From NCBI GenBank assembly GCA_963803805.1, contig CAWDOD010000006.1, forward strand, positions 224,001 through 288,000: a stretch of DNA of 64,000 bases, given 5' to 3'. Each line of letters opens with the position of its first letter. Positions within the stretch are counted from its first letter, which is position 1. The notes beneath the pieces are model-generated. The model was not told the origin of the DNA. It made no database searches and was given only the letters and a program-made list of their open reading frames with translations. Source of the DNA: an uncultured cyanobacterium. Lineage in GTDB: Bacteria; Cyanobacteriota; Cyanobacteriia; Cyanobacteriales; CAWCAG01. Both the position numbers and the translations under genes were made by a program. Positions 30,166 through 40,265 of the stretch are shown one piece after another.

Positions 30166-30669
30166 TCAATCAGTATATCCTTGCATCTCCTCCGGGGTAA
30201 ACCTTCGTAAAAGAGATGTTGCTTCATCAACCTGTTGTTCTGTACCTTGGACGACGATTAAATACTTACCTGCATTAAGACGGTTACGGTATGGTAAGGC
30301 ATCACCACTTCCTAATGATAAACCTATTCCACCACCAACGAAAGCGCTGCCCATTGCTCCGGCGATCGCACCAAAGATACCACCAATAACATGATTGCCT
30401 AAAACTCCAACTCCACCGATGATATCTATTTTAGTGATGGAGTTGAAAGCAAAGCCAGCCAAAAAGCCAAAAGGTACTAGCCAAATTGCCATAAGCTTCG
30501 CTCTTTTTGTAGCTTGGGTATTAGGGTTAAGAAAGCCAAATTCATCAGCGCTTTTGTAACCTCTTCCCAAAATACTAACTGCTTGGGACGGAAAGCCAGC
30601 TTTTTCTAGAGCAGTATAGGCTTCTTCTGCCTCCAAGCGATTTGGTAGTACAGCAACGAGATAGTTCAT
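30166..30669 (-). CDS. Conserved membrane protein (general-stress/DUF1269-like)
   Basis: ILGRGYKSADEFG, Gly-rich TM segment and YRNRLNAGKYLIVV. Confidence 0.65.
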   Translation of the reverse strand: MNYLVAVLPNRLEAEEAYTALEKAGFPSQAVSILGRGYKSADEFGFLNPNTQATKRAKLMAIWLVPFGFLAGFAFNSITKIDIIGGVGVLGNHVIGGIFGAIAGAMGSAFVGGGIGLSLGSGDALPYRNRLNAGKYLIVVQGTEQQVDEATSLLRRFTPEEMQGYTD

Positions 30670-30886
30670 CCTTCTTAATAATCCTAGAAAACCCCAACGA
30701 TGAGAAAATACAGTGTTAGGAACATAACAAGGAATATCATCTCATCTTAAGGGGACATTGAAATGGGAGAATGTGCTATTACTGCTGTTTTTTAAACGTC
30801 AACTTAATTTTTGTTTTCTTTTGTTCAAGTTATTGGAGTAACTTGAACAAACTGTACACAACTTGCTCTTAACCCGTCTAGGTAAT

Positions 30887-32467
30887 ATGTCGAAGGTTCT
30901 TGTTTCAGACTCAATTGATCAAGCTGGAATTGATATCCTCTCCCAAGTTGCTCAAGTGGATGTCCAACTTGGTTTATCCCCCGAAGAATTGGTTAAGGCT
31001 ATTCCAGAATATGATGCTTTAATGATTCGTTCTGGCACGAAGGTAACAGAAGAGGTTATCGAAGCTAGTAATAATCTCAAAATTATTGGCCGTGCCGGAG
31101 TTGGAGTTGATAATATCAACATTCCTGGGGCCACTCGTAAAGGTATTGTGGTGGTTAATTCCCCTGAAGGTAATACCATCGCCGCCGCCGAACACGCTTT
31201 AGCGATGATGCTATCTTTGTCCCGGATGGTTCCTTCTGCTAACCAATCAGTTAAAAGTGGTAAGTGGGAACGTAAACGCTTTATTGGTTCAGAAGTTTAT
31301 AAAAAAACTCTGGGTATCGTTGGTTTAGGTAAAATTGGTTCCCATGTTGCTGCTGCTGCGCGGGCAATGGGCATGAAATTATTAGCTTTTGATCCCTTTA
31401 TTTCTGCTGAGAGGGCAGAACAATTAAATTGCCGTTTGGTGGATTTGAATTTACTGTTCTCAGAAGCAGATTATATTACCCTCCACGTTCCCAAAACGAA
31501 AGAAACTACTCATTTGATCAATGCTAAAACTTTAGGTCAAATGAAGCCCAATGCTCGGATCATCAACTGTTCCCGTGGCGGTATTATTGATGAAGTTGCT
31601 TTAGCTGAAGCTTTGAGGGCAGAAACAATTGCTGGGGCAGCGTTAGATGTTTTTGAGGAAGAACCTTTAGGAGAATCTCTTTTAAGGGAATTTGGCTCTA
31701 ATGTTATTCTCACCCCTCATCTAGGAGCCTCTACAACAGAAGCCCAGGTGAATGTAGCGATAGATGTAGCAGAACAAATTCGCGACGTTCTCTTAGGGCT
31801 TCCAGCCCGTTCTGCGGTTAATATTCCTGGACTTAGCCCTGATGTGCTAGAGAAATTACGTCCTTACTTACAATTAGCAGAAACCTTGGGTAAGTTGGTA
31901 GGACAACTCGCTGGGGGCAGGATTGAATCTTTGAAGGTTAACTTGCAAGGAGAATTAGCTTCTAATCAAAGTCAGCCTTTAGTTATAGCTTCTTTGAAAG
32001 GTTTATTATCCCAAGCTTTGCGGGAACGAGTCAACTATGTCAATGCTGGCATTGAAGCTAAGGAACGAGGTATTAGAATTATTGAAACCAGAGATGCTGA
32101 AGTACGAGATTATTCTGGTTCCTTGCATTTATCTGCCCTTGGTTCTTTAGGAGAACATTCCGTTACCGGAGTCTTATTAGCCGACGGGGAAATGCGTATC
32201 ACGAACCTTGATGAATTTCCTATCAATGTTCCTCCCACCAACAATATGTTGTTCACTTTGCACCGAGATATGCCAGGAATTATTGGTAAGATCGGTTCTC
32301 TATTAGGCAGTTTTAATGTCAATATTGCCAGTATGCAAGTAGGCAGAAAAATTGTCCGAGGGGATGCTGTAATGGCTTTGAGCCTAGATGATCCTTTGCC
32401 AGAAGGCATTTTGGCAGAAATCATCAAAGTTCCCGGTATACGGGATGCTTATACAGTAACGCTCTAA
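30887..32467 (+). CDS. serA: D-3-phosphoglycerate dehydrogenase
   Basis: GRAGVGVDNI, GLGKIG, TPHLGAST and C-terminal ACT domain; ATG 30887 preferred over TTG 30863. Confidence 0.97.
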   Translation: MSKVLVSDSIDQAGIDILSQVAQVDVQLGLSPEELVKAIPEYDALMIRSGTKVTEEVIEASNNLKIIGRAGVGVDNINIPGATRKGIVVVNSPEGNTIAAAEHALAMMLSLSRMVPSANQSVKSGKWERKRFIGSEVYKKTLGIVGLGKIGSHVAAAARAMGMKLLAFDPFISAERAEQLNCRLVDLNLLFSEADYITLHVPKTKETTHLINAKTLGQMKPNARIINCSRGGIIDEVALAEALRAETIAGAALDVFEEEPLGESLLREFGSNVILTPHLGASTTEAQVNVAIDVAEQIRDVLLGLPARSAVNIPGLSPDVLEKLRPYLQLAETLGKLVGQLAGGRIESLKVNLQGELASNQSQPLVIASLKGLLSQALRERVNYVNAGIEAKERGIRIIETRDAEVRDYSGSLHLSALGSLGEHSVTGVLLADGEMRITNLDEFPINVPPTNNMLFTLHRDMPGIIGKIGSLLGSFNVNIASMQVGRKIVRGDAVMALSLDDPLPEGILAEIIKVPGIRDAYTVTL

Positions 32468-32475
32468 TTTGCAAC

Positions 32476-32519
32476 TAGAGACGCAGTATTGTTAATTATT
32501 GAAGATACTGCGTCTCTAC
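32476..32519 (-). repeat. GTAG-type REP-like hairpin after serA
   Basis: 14-bp inverted repeat TAGAGACGCAGTAT ... ATACTGCGTCTCTA followed by C, reading GTAGAGACG on the minus strand. Confidence 0.75.
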
Positions 32520-32562
32520 CAAGAAACTTGATTAAGCTGTTTGATATTTTAGATTACTTATT

Positions 32563-32694
32563 GGGGAGCAGGGAACAGGGAACAGGGTATCTCCGCAGCG
32601 GAGACGTTTTGCGAACGCGTAAGCGTTGCCGTAAGGCTACAGGGAACAGTTATTTAATTATCTTACCTATTACCCATTACCCATTACCTATTAC
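32563..32694. repeat. Heptamer tandem repeats (GGGAACA, TTACCCA) with an embedded GC-rich small dispersed element
   Basis: GGGAGCA-GGGAACA-GGGAACA-GGG, insert 32588-32639, then CAGGGAACAG; TTACC(C/T)A x4 at 32663-32690. Confidence 0.8.
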
Positions 32695-32701
32695 TTAAAT
32701 C

Positions 32702-33592
32702 ATGGTCAATAGTTGGTGGGAAATCACAACTTTAGGCGATCCTTCCTTGGAAGATGTCATCTTTTGGCGGTTGGATAAATTTGGCTGTCGCGGGACAGTT
32801 AGTCAGGTTAAGGGTACTAGTTTGTTAGTGCAGGGTTATATTCCCCAAATTAGCGCGGGCTTATTAGACTTGGCGGCTCTATCCTTGTGGTTACGACAGG
32901 ATGCTTTGGTGATGGGCTTAAAACCGCCGATCACAAAATGGGATTTGATTGATGAAGAAGACTGGGCGAGTAGTTGGAAAGAACATTGGCAACCCCAAGA
33001 AATCGGCGATCGCATTCTCATTTATCCTGCTTGGTTAACGCCCCCTACGGAGACAGAAAGATTAGTTGTTAGACTTGATCCCGGCGCTGCCTTTGGTACG
33101 GGGATTCATCCTACTACCCAATTGTGTTTAGAATCTTTAGAAATGCGCTTAGGAGAAGGGGCTGAAGAGTTAGTTCTCGCTGATATTGGTTGCGGTTCGG
33201 GTATTCTTTCTATTGGTTCTCTTTTATTAGGTGCAGCACAGGTTTATGCAGTAGATGTTGATCCCCTAGCTGTACGGGCAACTCGAAGCAATCGAGATTT
33301 GAATAATATTACACCCCAACGTCTCAAAGTTGGTAAGGGTAGCATTGAACTTTTAAAAGAAGAAAAAAAAGCAGCCGTTGACGGTATTGTCTGTAATATC
33401 CTAGCAGAGGTAATTATCGAGTTAATTCCGCCGATGACAGAGCTTGCAAAACCTACAACTTGGGGAATTTTCAGCGGTATTTTATTAGATCAAGTCAAGC
33501 CAATCGCTGATACTTTAGAACAGCATGGTTGGATTGTTGCAGCACTTTGGAAACGCAAGGATTGGTGTTGTTTTAATGTTAGGAGAATGTAA
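32702..33592 (+). CDS. prmA: Ribosomal protein L11 methyltransferase
   Basis: [34 protein letters not shown] and CNILA. Confidence 0.95.
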   Translation: MVNSWWEITTLGDPSLEDVIFWRLDKFGCRGTVSQVKGTSLLVQGYIPQISAGLLDLAALSLWLRQDALVMGLKPPITKWDLIDEEDWASSWKEHWQPQEIGDRILIYPAWLTPPTETERLVVRLDPGAAFGTGIHPTTQLCLESLEMRLGEGAEELVLADIGCGSGILSIGSLLLGAAQVYAVDVDPLAVRATRSNRDLNNITPQRLKVGKGSIELLKEEKKAAVDGIVCNILAEVIIELIPPMTELAKPTTWGIFSGILLDQVKPIADTLEQHGWIVAALWKRKDWCCFNVRRM

Positions 33593-33707
33593 TGGTTGCT
33601 AGTTGCTGATTGAGGAAAGGAAATTAAAATAAACTTGCATTTATGGGGTTAAGGTTGCACTGGTAAATCAGTTATCCTAGATTTAGAGTTTTTACCTAGA
33701 GCTAATT

Positions 33708-34001
33708 ATGGTACAAATCTTAGAAATTTCTACTCCTTCACCTAGGCAAAAGCAGCCTTTTATTTGGCAGGAAATTGAGTGGCAAAAGTTTCAAGCTATT
33801 CGAGCTAGTTTGGCTGATTTACCAGGGATTAGATTAGCCTATTGTCAGGGAGTTTTAGAAATTATGGACATTAGCAAATCCCCTGAAGGAATTAAATGTT
33901 TACTAGCTTTACTTTTAGGTCAATATTTCCTTACTCAACAAATAGAATTTTTTCCTAGTGGTGGTTTTAATCAGACTAGAGAAGAACTAAAAATAGATTG
34001 A
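33708..34001 (+). pseudogene. Truncated Uma2-family endonuclease-like gene (N-terminal half only)
   Basis: WQKFQAI...RLAYCQGVLEIM; stops at 97 aa before the PD...EV catalytic half, with no continuation before the next gene. Confidence 0.65.
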
Positions 34002-34022
34002 TGATAAATGATAAATGTATAG

Positions 34023-36359
34023 ATGTTGCAACAATTCAAACAGAAAATCACTCAATGGCGTGGTGTATTAGCGATCGCTCCTAGCGTAGCGGGAGTTATT
34101 ATTGCTGGTAACTTAGTTGGCTTGTTCCAATTATTAGAATGGGCAACTTTAGATCAGTTTTTTCTTCTTCGCCCACAAGAAGCAGTTAATTCGCCCATTG
34201 TTATTGTTGCCATTGAAGAAGAAGATATCACTAAACTTGGTCAATGGCCCATGTCAGATCGAGTTATGGCTCAATTACTTAATAAAATCAAAGCCCAACA
34301 ACCAAGGGGCATTGGTTTAGATATTTATCGAGATTTAGTCACTGAACCAGGACATTCAGAATTAGTAGAAGTATTTGAATCTACCCCCAATTTAATTGGT
34401 GTACAAAAAGTCACACCACAAACAGTTGCTCCGCCACCAACTTTAGCAGAAAAAGGACAAGTAGGGGCTTCCGATTTAATAGTTGATGATGATGGTAAGG
34501 TACGTCGCGGGTTAATTGTTACTGGCACTGAGGAAGGAAAATTTATTGAAGGATTAGGGGCTAAATTAGCTTTAATGTATTTGGAAGCTGAAGGGCTTGA
34601 ACTGCAAACTATTAATGAAGAAAAACAAATTTATCAACTAGGAGAAGCAACATTTGTCCCTTTAACCGGAGAAGAAGGAGGCTATGTCAAAGGAGATACG
34701 GGAGGATACCAAATCTTAATCAACTACCGGGGAGAAATGAATCGCTTCGGAAGTGTTTCGATGACGGATGTTCTTGAGGATAAAATACCAGCAGATCTAT
34801 TTCAGGATCGCTTAGTTTTTATCGGTTTAGGCATAAATACCTCTAGTGTTAAAGATATTTTCTTAACTCCCTATAACAGCAACTTATTGGGTGATACTGA
34901 CTTAATGCCAGGAGTAGCAATTCATGCTAACTTAGCTAGTCAAATGGTTAGTGCCGCTATGGAAGGACGTACAATGCTCCGGGCTTGGCATCAAAGCTTA
35001 AATTGGCTCTGGATATTGTTTTGGTCTTTTCTTGGGGCGGGGGGCAGTTGGTTTTTATTAGAGATTAAGTTATTTAAGAAAAATATCTTTTTAATCGTAA
35101 CCATTAGCTACATTATTTCCAGTACTATTATTCTCGTAAGCATTAGCTATATTGCCTTTATTTCTGGTTGGGTAATACCCATATTTTCTCCTTTTTTGGC
35201 CCTAGCAGCAACAGCAATTTTAATTGCCAACTATCATAATCAAAATCAGTTAAAAACTGCTAATGAAGAACTAGCCATTGCTAACGAACAATTAGCTGAT
35301 TATTCCCGTACTTTGGAAAATAAAGTAGCAGCAAGAACTCAGGAACTTTCAGAAGCTTTAGAAAACTTAAAATCCACCCAACAAGAGTTAATTCAATCAG
35401 AAAAAATGGCTGCTTTGGGTCAACTTGTTGCGGGTATTGCCCATGAAGTCAATACTCCCTTGGGAGCAATTAAAGCCTCAGTAAGCAACATTTCTGCGGC
35501 TTTAACTAAGTCTATGCAACAACTACCAAAATTATTTAAGCAACTTCCTTTACAACAACAAGATGATTTCTTTACCTTAGTTGCAGCTAGCCAACAAGAG
35601 TCTACCACCCTTTCTTTTCGGGAAGAGCGGAAAATTAAACGTGCTTTGAAAAAGCAACTAGCAACTCTGGGTATTGATGATGCTGATGAAATTGCTGCTA
35701 ACTTAGTGAAAATAGGTTTCACTAAAGAAGTAGAACCCTTTTTGCCTTTATTGCAATCTGATTATAGTAGCTTGATTTTAGAAACTGCTTATAACCTCAC
35801 GATGCAACAAAATAACACCGATAATATTAAGCTGGCGGTAGATCGGGCAGCCAAAATTGTCTTCGCCCTCAAAAGTTACGCCCGCCAAGATCAATATAGT
35901 GAGAAAGTTAAAGCCCAAGTAACAGAAGGAATTGAGCTTGTTCTAACCATTTATCGTAATCAACTTAGACAAGGCATTGAAGTTAGTAAAGTTTACCAAG
36001 AAGTACCAGAAATTCCTTGCTACCCCGAACAACTCAATCAAGTTTGGACAAACCTAATCCATAATGCAGTGCAAGCCATGGATAATAAGGGTAAGCTGAA
36101 AATAGCAGTAACCCCTGAAGATAGTTATGTGGTGGTGAGAATAACTGATTCCGGTTGTGGCATAGCCCCAGAAAACAAAGATAAAATTTTCCAACCTTTT
36201 TTTACGACTAAAGGTGCAGGAGAAGGAAGCGGTTTAGGGTTAGATATTGTCAGTAAGATTATTGATAAGCATCAAGGCAAAATCGAAGTAGAAAGTGAAC
36301 CAGGATGTACTACTTTTAGTGTTTGGTTGCCTGTAGTTATACCAGATTCGGGTGGGTAG
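34023..36359 (+). CDS. CHASE2-domain sensor histidine kinase
   Basis: IGLDIYRD, DDDGKVRR, PGVAIHAN, three TM helices, H-box AGIAHEVNTPL, NLIHNA, DSGCGI and GSGLGL. Confidence 0.93.
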   Translation: MLQQFKQKITQWRGVLAIAPSVAGVIIAGNLVGLFQLLEWATLDQFFLLRPQEAVNSPIVIVAIEEEDITKLGQWPMSDRVMAQLLNKIKAQQPRGIGLDIYRDLVTEPGHSELVEVFESTPNLIGVQKVTPQTVAPPPTLAEKGQVGASDLIVDDDGKVRRGLIVTGTEEGKFIEGLGAKLALMYLEAEGLELQTINEEKQIYQLGEATFVPLTGEEGGYVKGDTGGYQILINYRGEMNRFGSVSMTDVLEDKIPADLFQDRLVFIGLGINTSSVKDIFLTPYNSNLLGDTDLMPGVAIHANLASQMVSAAMEGRTMLRAWHQSLNWLWILFWSFLGAGGSWFLLEIKLFKKNIFLIVTISYIISSTIILVSISYIAFISGWVIPIFSPFLALAATAILIANYHNQNQLKTANEELAIANEQLADYSRTLENKVAARTQELSEALENLKSTQQELIQSEKMAALGQLVAGIAHEVNTPLGAIKASVSNISAALTKSMQQLPKLFKQLPLQQQDDFFTLVAASQQESTTLSFREERKIKRALKKQLATLGIDDADEIAANLVKIGFTKEVEPFLPLLQSDYSSLILETAYNLTMQQNNTDNIKLAVDRAAKIVFALKSYARQDQYSEKVKAQVTEGIELVLTIYRNQLRQGIEVSKVYQEVPEIPCYPEQLNQVWTNLIHNAVQAMDNKGKLKIAVTPEDSYVVVRITDSGCGIAPENKDKIFQPFFTTKGAGEGSGLGLDIVSKIIDKHQGKIEVESEPGCTTFSVWLPVVIPDSGG

Positions 36360-36371
36360 CAGGACTTATCT

Positions 36372-36420
36372 GTCAAGGTCAACCGCTTCGCGGAAGTCAA
36401 AAGTCAAAAGTCAAAAGTCA
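36372..36420. repeat. Heptamer repeat (AAAGTCA)n with an embedded CCGC-TTC-GCGG hairpin
   Basis: GTCAAGGTCAA, CCGCTTCGCGG (36383-36393), then AAGTCAAAAGTCAAAAGTCAAAAGTCA. Confidence 0.8.
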
Positions 36421-36690
36421 TGACATGACCAATCAAACACATCTACCTCCAAATAAGTTTCAATCCACAATTCTCGCCCCATGTTTATTTAGTTTATGGA
36501 GGCTATAAACAATGCGGCAAGGGCCTTTGATTTAGGCTTTGTGATCACAGCGATCAAGATCATATCTATCATTGATCTGACTAACTGCTAATTTCTTCGA
36601 TAATAGAGTTTTTTGTGAGGAGAATCACGGCATTTACTGAGGCAAAATGCTAATGTTTACAACCATTACCCCAAGTTCCTCATAGACCTG

Positions 36691-37764
36691 ATGACGTTAT
36701 CTTCCTTTTGTCCCTTTTCTGCTTCGGGAATGATTACTGACCCTCAGTATTTTGTCGGTCGTCGCGAGGAACTAAATTATCTTACTGCCCGTATGGAAGG
36801 GGCGCAACCTACCAGCGTTAATGTAGTTGGTAAGGAGTGCATAGGTAAGTCTTCTTTGCTTTATCATTTCTATCAGACTTATGAAGAGAGAGTAGAGAAA
36901 CCTGAGAAATATGTGGTGGTTTATCTTTCTTTGCAGGATGTAAATTGTCAGCAGGAAAAAACTTTTTATGAGGCTGTAGCTGAGAAGTTTTTAGCACAAA
37001 GCAAGGTAAAAAGACAACGTAATTTAAAGAGTCCTTGGAGAAATAGTTCTGCTAGTAGGCAAAGTTTTTCTCAGGCAATACAGGCTTGGAAGCAAACAAA
37101 GGTTTTACCAGTTTTGTGTTTAGATAAATTTGAGAAGTGGTTAAATAAACCCCAGGAATTTGACAATGATTTTTATGATAACTTGCGTTCTTTAATGGAC
37201 AGCAATGTTTTGATGTTGGTTATTGCTTCTAAAAGTAACTTGAAAAGATACGGTAAGGAAAATAATTTTACTTCTGATTTTTTTAACTTAGGTCAGGTTT
37301 TAACTTTGAATGGCTTAACAGAATTGGAAGCGCAGGATTTAGTTAAATTACCCTGTGGTAACAATTCTGGTTTGAGTGTAGATAAGCAAAGATTAGCCCT
37401 GGCATGGGGAGAGAGGCATCCTTATAAGTTGCAGTTGGCTGGGTTGTGTTTGTGGGAGGCAGAAAACCAAACACCTCCTAAAGATGAAGAGTGGGCAAAG
37501 GAAAAGTTTCTCGAAAGTTGTCCTGTTACCAAACAACGTCAGGGTTCTCAACCTTCTATTCATAAACTAATTAAGCCACTGCATTGGTTATTCTGGCAGT
37601 TGCCTCTACAGTTAGGCAGATTAGCTACAGGCATTGGTAATAATCTTGATGACTTGAGCAATAGACTGCTGGGGACTTTTATTCTGTTGGTGATTGTTTT
37701 CATTGTATTTAAAGTTTTGCCAGCAGAAGAGTTATGGAAACAAATATTAGAAGCTGTAAAGTAA
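36691..37764 (+). CDS. STAND/AAA-like P-loop NTPase with C-terminal TM helix
   Basis: FVGRREEL, Walker A GKECIGKSS, Walker B LCLDKFE, HPYKLQLAG; C-terminal LLGTFILLVIVFIVFKVL. Confidence 0.82.
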   Translation: MTLSSFCPFSASGMITDPQYFVGRREELNYLTARMEGAQPTSVNVVGKECIGKSSLLYHFYQTYEERVEKPEKYVVVYLSLQDVNCQQEKTFYEAVAEKFLAQSKVKRQRNLKSPWRNSSASRQSFSQAIQAWKQTKVLPVLCLDKFEKWLNKPQEFDNDFYDNLRSLMDSNVLMLVIASKSNLKRYGKENNFTSDFFNLGQVLTLNGLTELEAQDLVKLPCGNNSGLSVDKQRLALAWGERHPYKLQLAGLCLWEAENQTPPKDEEWAKEKFLESCPVTKQRQGSQPSIHKLIKPLHWLFWQLPLQLGRLATGIGNNLDDLSNRLLGTFILLVIVFIVFKVLPAEELWKQILEAVK

Positions 37765-37770
37765 TTTGCT

Positions 37771-40191
37771 ATGAACGCACCAACCAAATTCGATGAGTTT
37801 AAAACCTATGTGGGAGAATGTCTAAAAATTCTTTATTGGACTTATTTTAAGCCTAATACTTTTTTCTATTGGTTGCAAGATATTCATCCTGATTTATACA
37901 TAGACAGTAATCCTTTTAAACTAAGAAAAGAGTTTAAAAATAACCCTCGTTTGCGTCGCTATGCTAATCAAGTTTGGTGGCTGAGTTTGTTAACTCCTGT
38001 AGCATTAGTATTAACAGTTGGGCCTATTTATAGCCTCTTTGCCACAGAATCTTTCGATTGGTTGCGTAGTAGCCTGTTTATATTAGGCTGGTTGATGGGT
38101 CTTTGGTTAGCGAGGCAGGAAAAAAGCAAAATAGAAAGATTAGCTTATATCTTTTTAGGTATAGTTCTTCTTTTAACTCTTCTTTGGAATACAGGTATTA
38201 CTCCTAAAGTCATCTTTGTTTTAGGAGGAGTTCAGCTTTACGAAACGGTATTATCAATAGTTTTTTCTCTTCTAGAGCCTTTACGACCTCTGGCAGTCGG
38301 TGTGGCAGGAGGTGTGGCTTTCGGTGTGGCAGGAGGTGTGGCTTTCGGTGTGGCAGGAGGTGTGGCAGGAGGTGTGGCTTTCGGTGTGGCAGTCGGTGTG
38401 GCAGTCGGTGTGGCAGTCGGTGTGGCAGGAGGTGTGGCAGGAGGTGTGGCTTTCGGTGTGGCAGTCGGTGTGGCAGGAGGTGTGGCAGGAGGTGTGGCAG
38501 GAGGTGTGGCTTTCGGTGTAAGCTACATTTTAGGAGTGTTGCGGGTCTATTTTTGGCTACCAGAATTGCTGTGGATGTTGCTAATTTCCTTACTTAGCCG
38601 AGAGGATAAAGAAGACAAATTTCTTTCCTATTTACCTCCCTACTTTGATGAAAGAATTATTCTCCCACTTCCTTTTATGGCAGAAATAATCATTGCTGCC
38701 TACAAAAAAAATGCTGCTGCTGCCCGCAATACCATCTCCTATTTGATCAACTATACCAACCAACAAAAAGTAGCTGCTGAAGCGATGACAGGCATTGCTA
38801 TCAATACTTTGCGACTTACAGAAACCACCAGGGATATCACCAGCATTGCTGAGGAACTTGCTTGGTTGCCTTCCCCACCACCAAAAAAGTTAGGTTCCAC
38901 ACTACCCCAATTCTTAGAAATTAGTCAAGATGTTCGTTCTTGCCAAATATCTACCTCTGCTTATCGCCAATACGAACTCCTCCATCCTCCCATCAGAAAA
39001 TTAGAAGCACTAAACAACAACCTTGCCTATAGCAAAGATACTCAAGTAGCCACAAGTTTTGGTAGCATTGCCCAACGTTGGTTAAGCATTCTCAAAACTG
39101 CCCAAAACACTTTAGAAGAGAGAGCAAAAAACTCCGCAGAAATTCCTCAAGTTTACATTGCTGGTTCTTCCCTTGATCCAGAAACTGCCCAAAGTCGCTT
39201 TAAAGGTCGGCAAGACATTTTTCAGGAAATCGAAAATTTATCCCTCATGGATCAACCTCCTGTTCTTCTCCTCAATGGCGGACGACGCACCGGGAAAACC
39301 TCTTCTTTGAAATATTTACCCCAAAAAGTCGGTTCAGAAATTATCCCTCTTTTGGTGGATATGCAGGGTTCTGCGGTGGCAACAACTCTTAAGGGTTTAG
39401 CAGAATACTTAGCAGGCGAGATCATCAAAGCTGCCCAAAAATCTCGCAACTTAAAACTTCCCTACCCCAATTGGGAAAAACGCCCCGATGAACCTTTCCT
39501 TAGTCTCCAAGATTGGTTTGCCACCATCGAACGCACAGCCCCAGGAAAACGTTTTCTCCTCTGTTTAGATGAGTTTGAACGTCTTGGCGAAGTTATTTCT
39601 TCTACTGGTAGCCGCGCGCCCCTCAATTTTCTACGCCATAACTTACAACATAATCGTCGTTGGATCTTACTTTTCAGTGGTGTTCATACCATCGAAGAAT
39701 TAGATCCCTATTGGAGTGATTATCTTATTAATGCTAGTTCTCTCCGTCTTAGCTTCCTTCAAGAAGCAGAAGCTAGAGAGTTAGTCACCGCGCCTATTCC
39801 AGATTTTCCCCAAATTTATCAACCTGCTGCCGTAGATACGATAATTGCAAAAACTCGCTGTCAACCTTACCTGGTACAGTTGCTTTGTTCTGTTGTCGTA
39901 GATCATCTTAACCGTGAAAAACGTAAACTAGCTACCCCAGAAGATGTACAAATCTGTTTACCCAAAGCGATGGTTAAAGGTAGCCCATATTTTAATGAAT
40001 TGTGGACAAAGTTACCGGAAAGTGAGCAAAACCTTTTACTCGCTTTAATAGCAGGAGAAAAAACCGACTCCTTCCCTAAAATTTCTCTACAAAGGTTAAT
40101 ACGTAAAGAAATTCTCTACAAGACAGAACAGGGTTATGGTTTCCAGGTTCCTTTGGTAGCCAGATATATCAAGAATTATGAGTGCAAGTGA
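37771..40191 (+). CDS. Multi-TM, glycine-zipper-repeat protein with C-terminal STAND/AAA-like NTPase
   Basis: FKGRQD, Walker A GGRRTGKTS, Walker B LCLDEFE, CQPYLVQLLC and FQVPLV. Confidence 0.85.
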   Translation: MNAPTKFDEFKTYVGECLKILYWTYFKPNTFFYWLQDIHPDLYIDSNPFKLRKEFKNNPRLRRYANQVWWLSLLTPVALVLTVGPIYSLFATESFDWLRSSLFILGWLMGLWLARQEKSKIERLAYIFLGIVLLLTLLWNTGITPKVIFVLGGVQLYETVLSIVFSLLEPLRPLAVGVAGGVAFGVAGGVAFGVAGGVAGGVAFGVAVGVAVGVAVGVAGGVAGGVAFGVAVGVAGGVAGGVAGGVAFGVSYILGVLRVYFWLPELLWMLLISLLSREDKEDKFLSYLPPYFDERIILPLPFMAEIIIAAYKKNAAAARNTISYLINYTNQQKVAAEAMTGIAINTLRLTETTRDITSIAEELAWLPSPPPKKLGSTLPQFLEISQDVRSCQISTSAYRQYELLHPPIRKLEALNNNLAYSKDTQVATSFGSIAQRWLSILKTAQNTLEERAKNSAEIPQVYIAGSSLDPETAQSRFKGRQDIFQEIENLSLMDQPPVLLLNGGRRTGKTSSLKYLPQKVGSEIIPLLVDMQGSAVATTLKGLAEYLAGEIIKAAQKSRNLKLPYPNWEKRPDEPFLSLQDWFATIERTAPGKRFLLCLDEFERLGEVISSTGSRAPLNFLRHNLQHNRRWILLFSGVHTIEELDPYWSDYLINASSLRLSFLQEAEARELVTAPIPDFPQIYQPAAVDTIIAKTRCQPYLVQLLCSVVVDHLNREKRKLATPEDVQICLPKAMVKGSPYFNELWTKLPESEQNLLLALIAGEKTDSFPKISLQRLIRKEILYKTEQGYGFQVPLVARYIKNYECK
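38293..38520 (+). repeat. 19 x 12-bp in-frame tandem array, three unit types (AGGV x9, AFGV x5, AVGV x5)
   Basis: Units GCAGGAGGTGTG, GCTTTCGGTGTG and GCAGTCGGTGTG, identical within type except the final GTA codon. Confidence 0.97.
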
Positions 40192-40265
40192 AAAAATACT
40201 ATAGCTATTTTCTCTCTTTTACTTCTTCTTAATCCTCCTGCCTAACTTAATTTAAGCTAACGCAA

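Noticed and set aside
32489-32698. 69-aa ORF between serA and prmA
   Set aside because: Made of REP, heptamer and small-element repeats.
38293-38520. Possible CRISPR array
   Set aside because: Contiguous in-frame 12-bp units without unique spacers; no cas genes in the window.
38300-38521. WQEV/WLSV-repeat ORF
   Set aside because: Alternative frame of the 12-bp array inside the NTPase gene; no ribosome-binding site or independent support.
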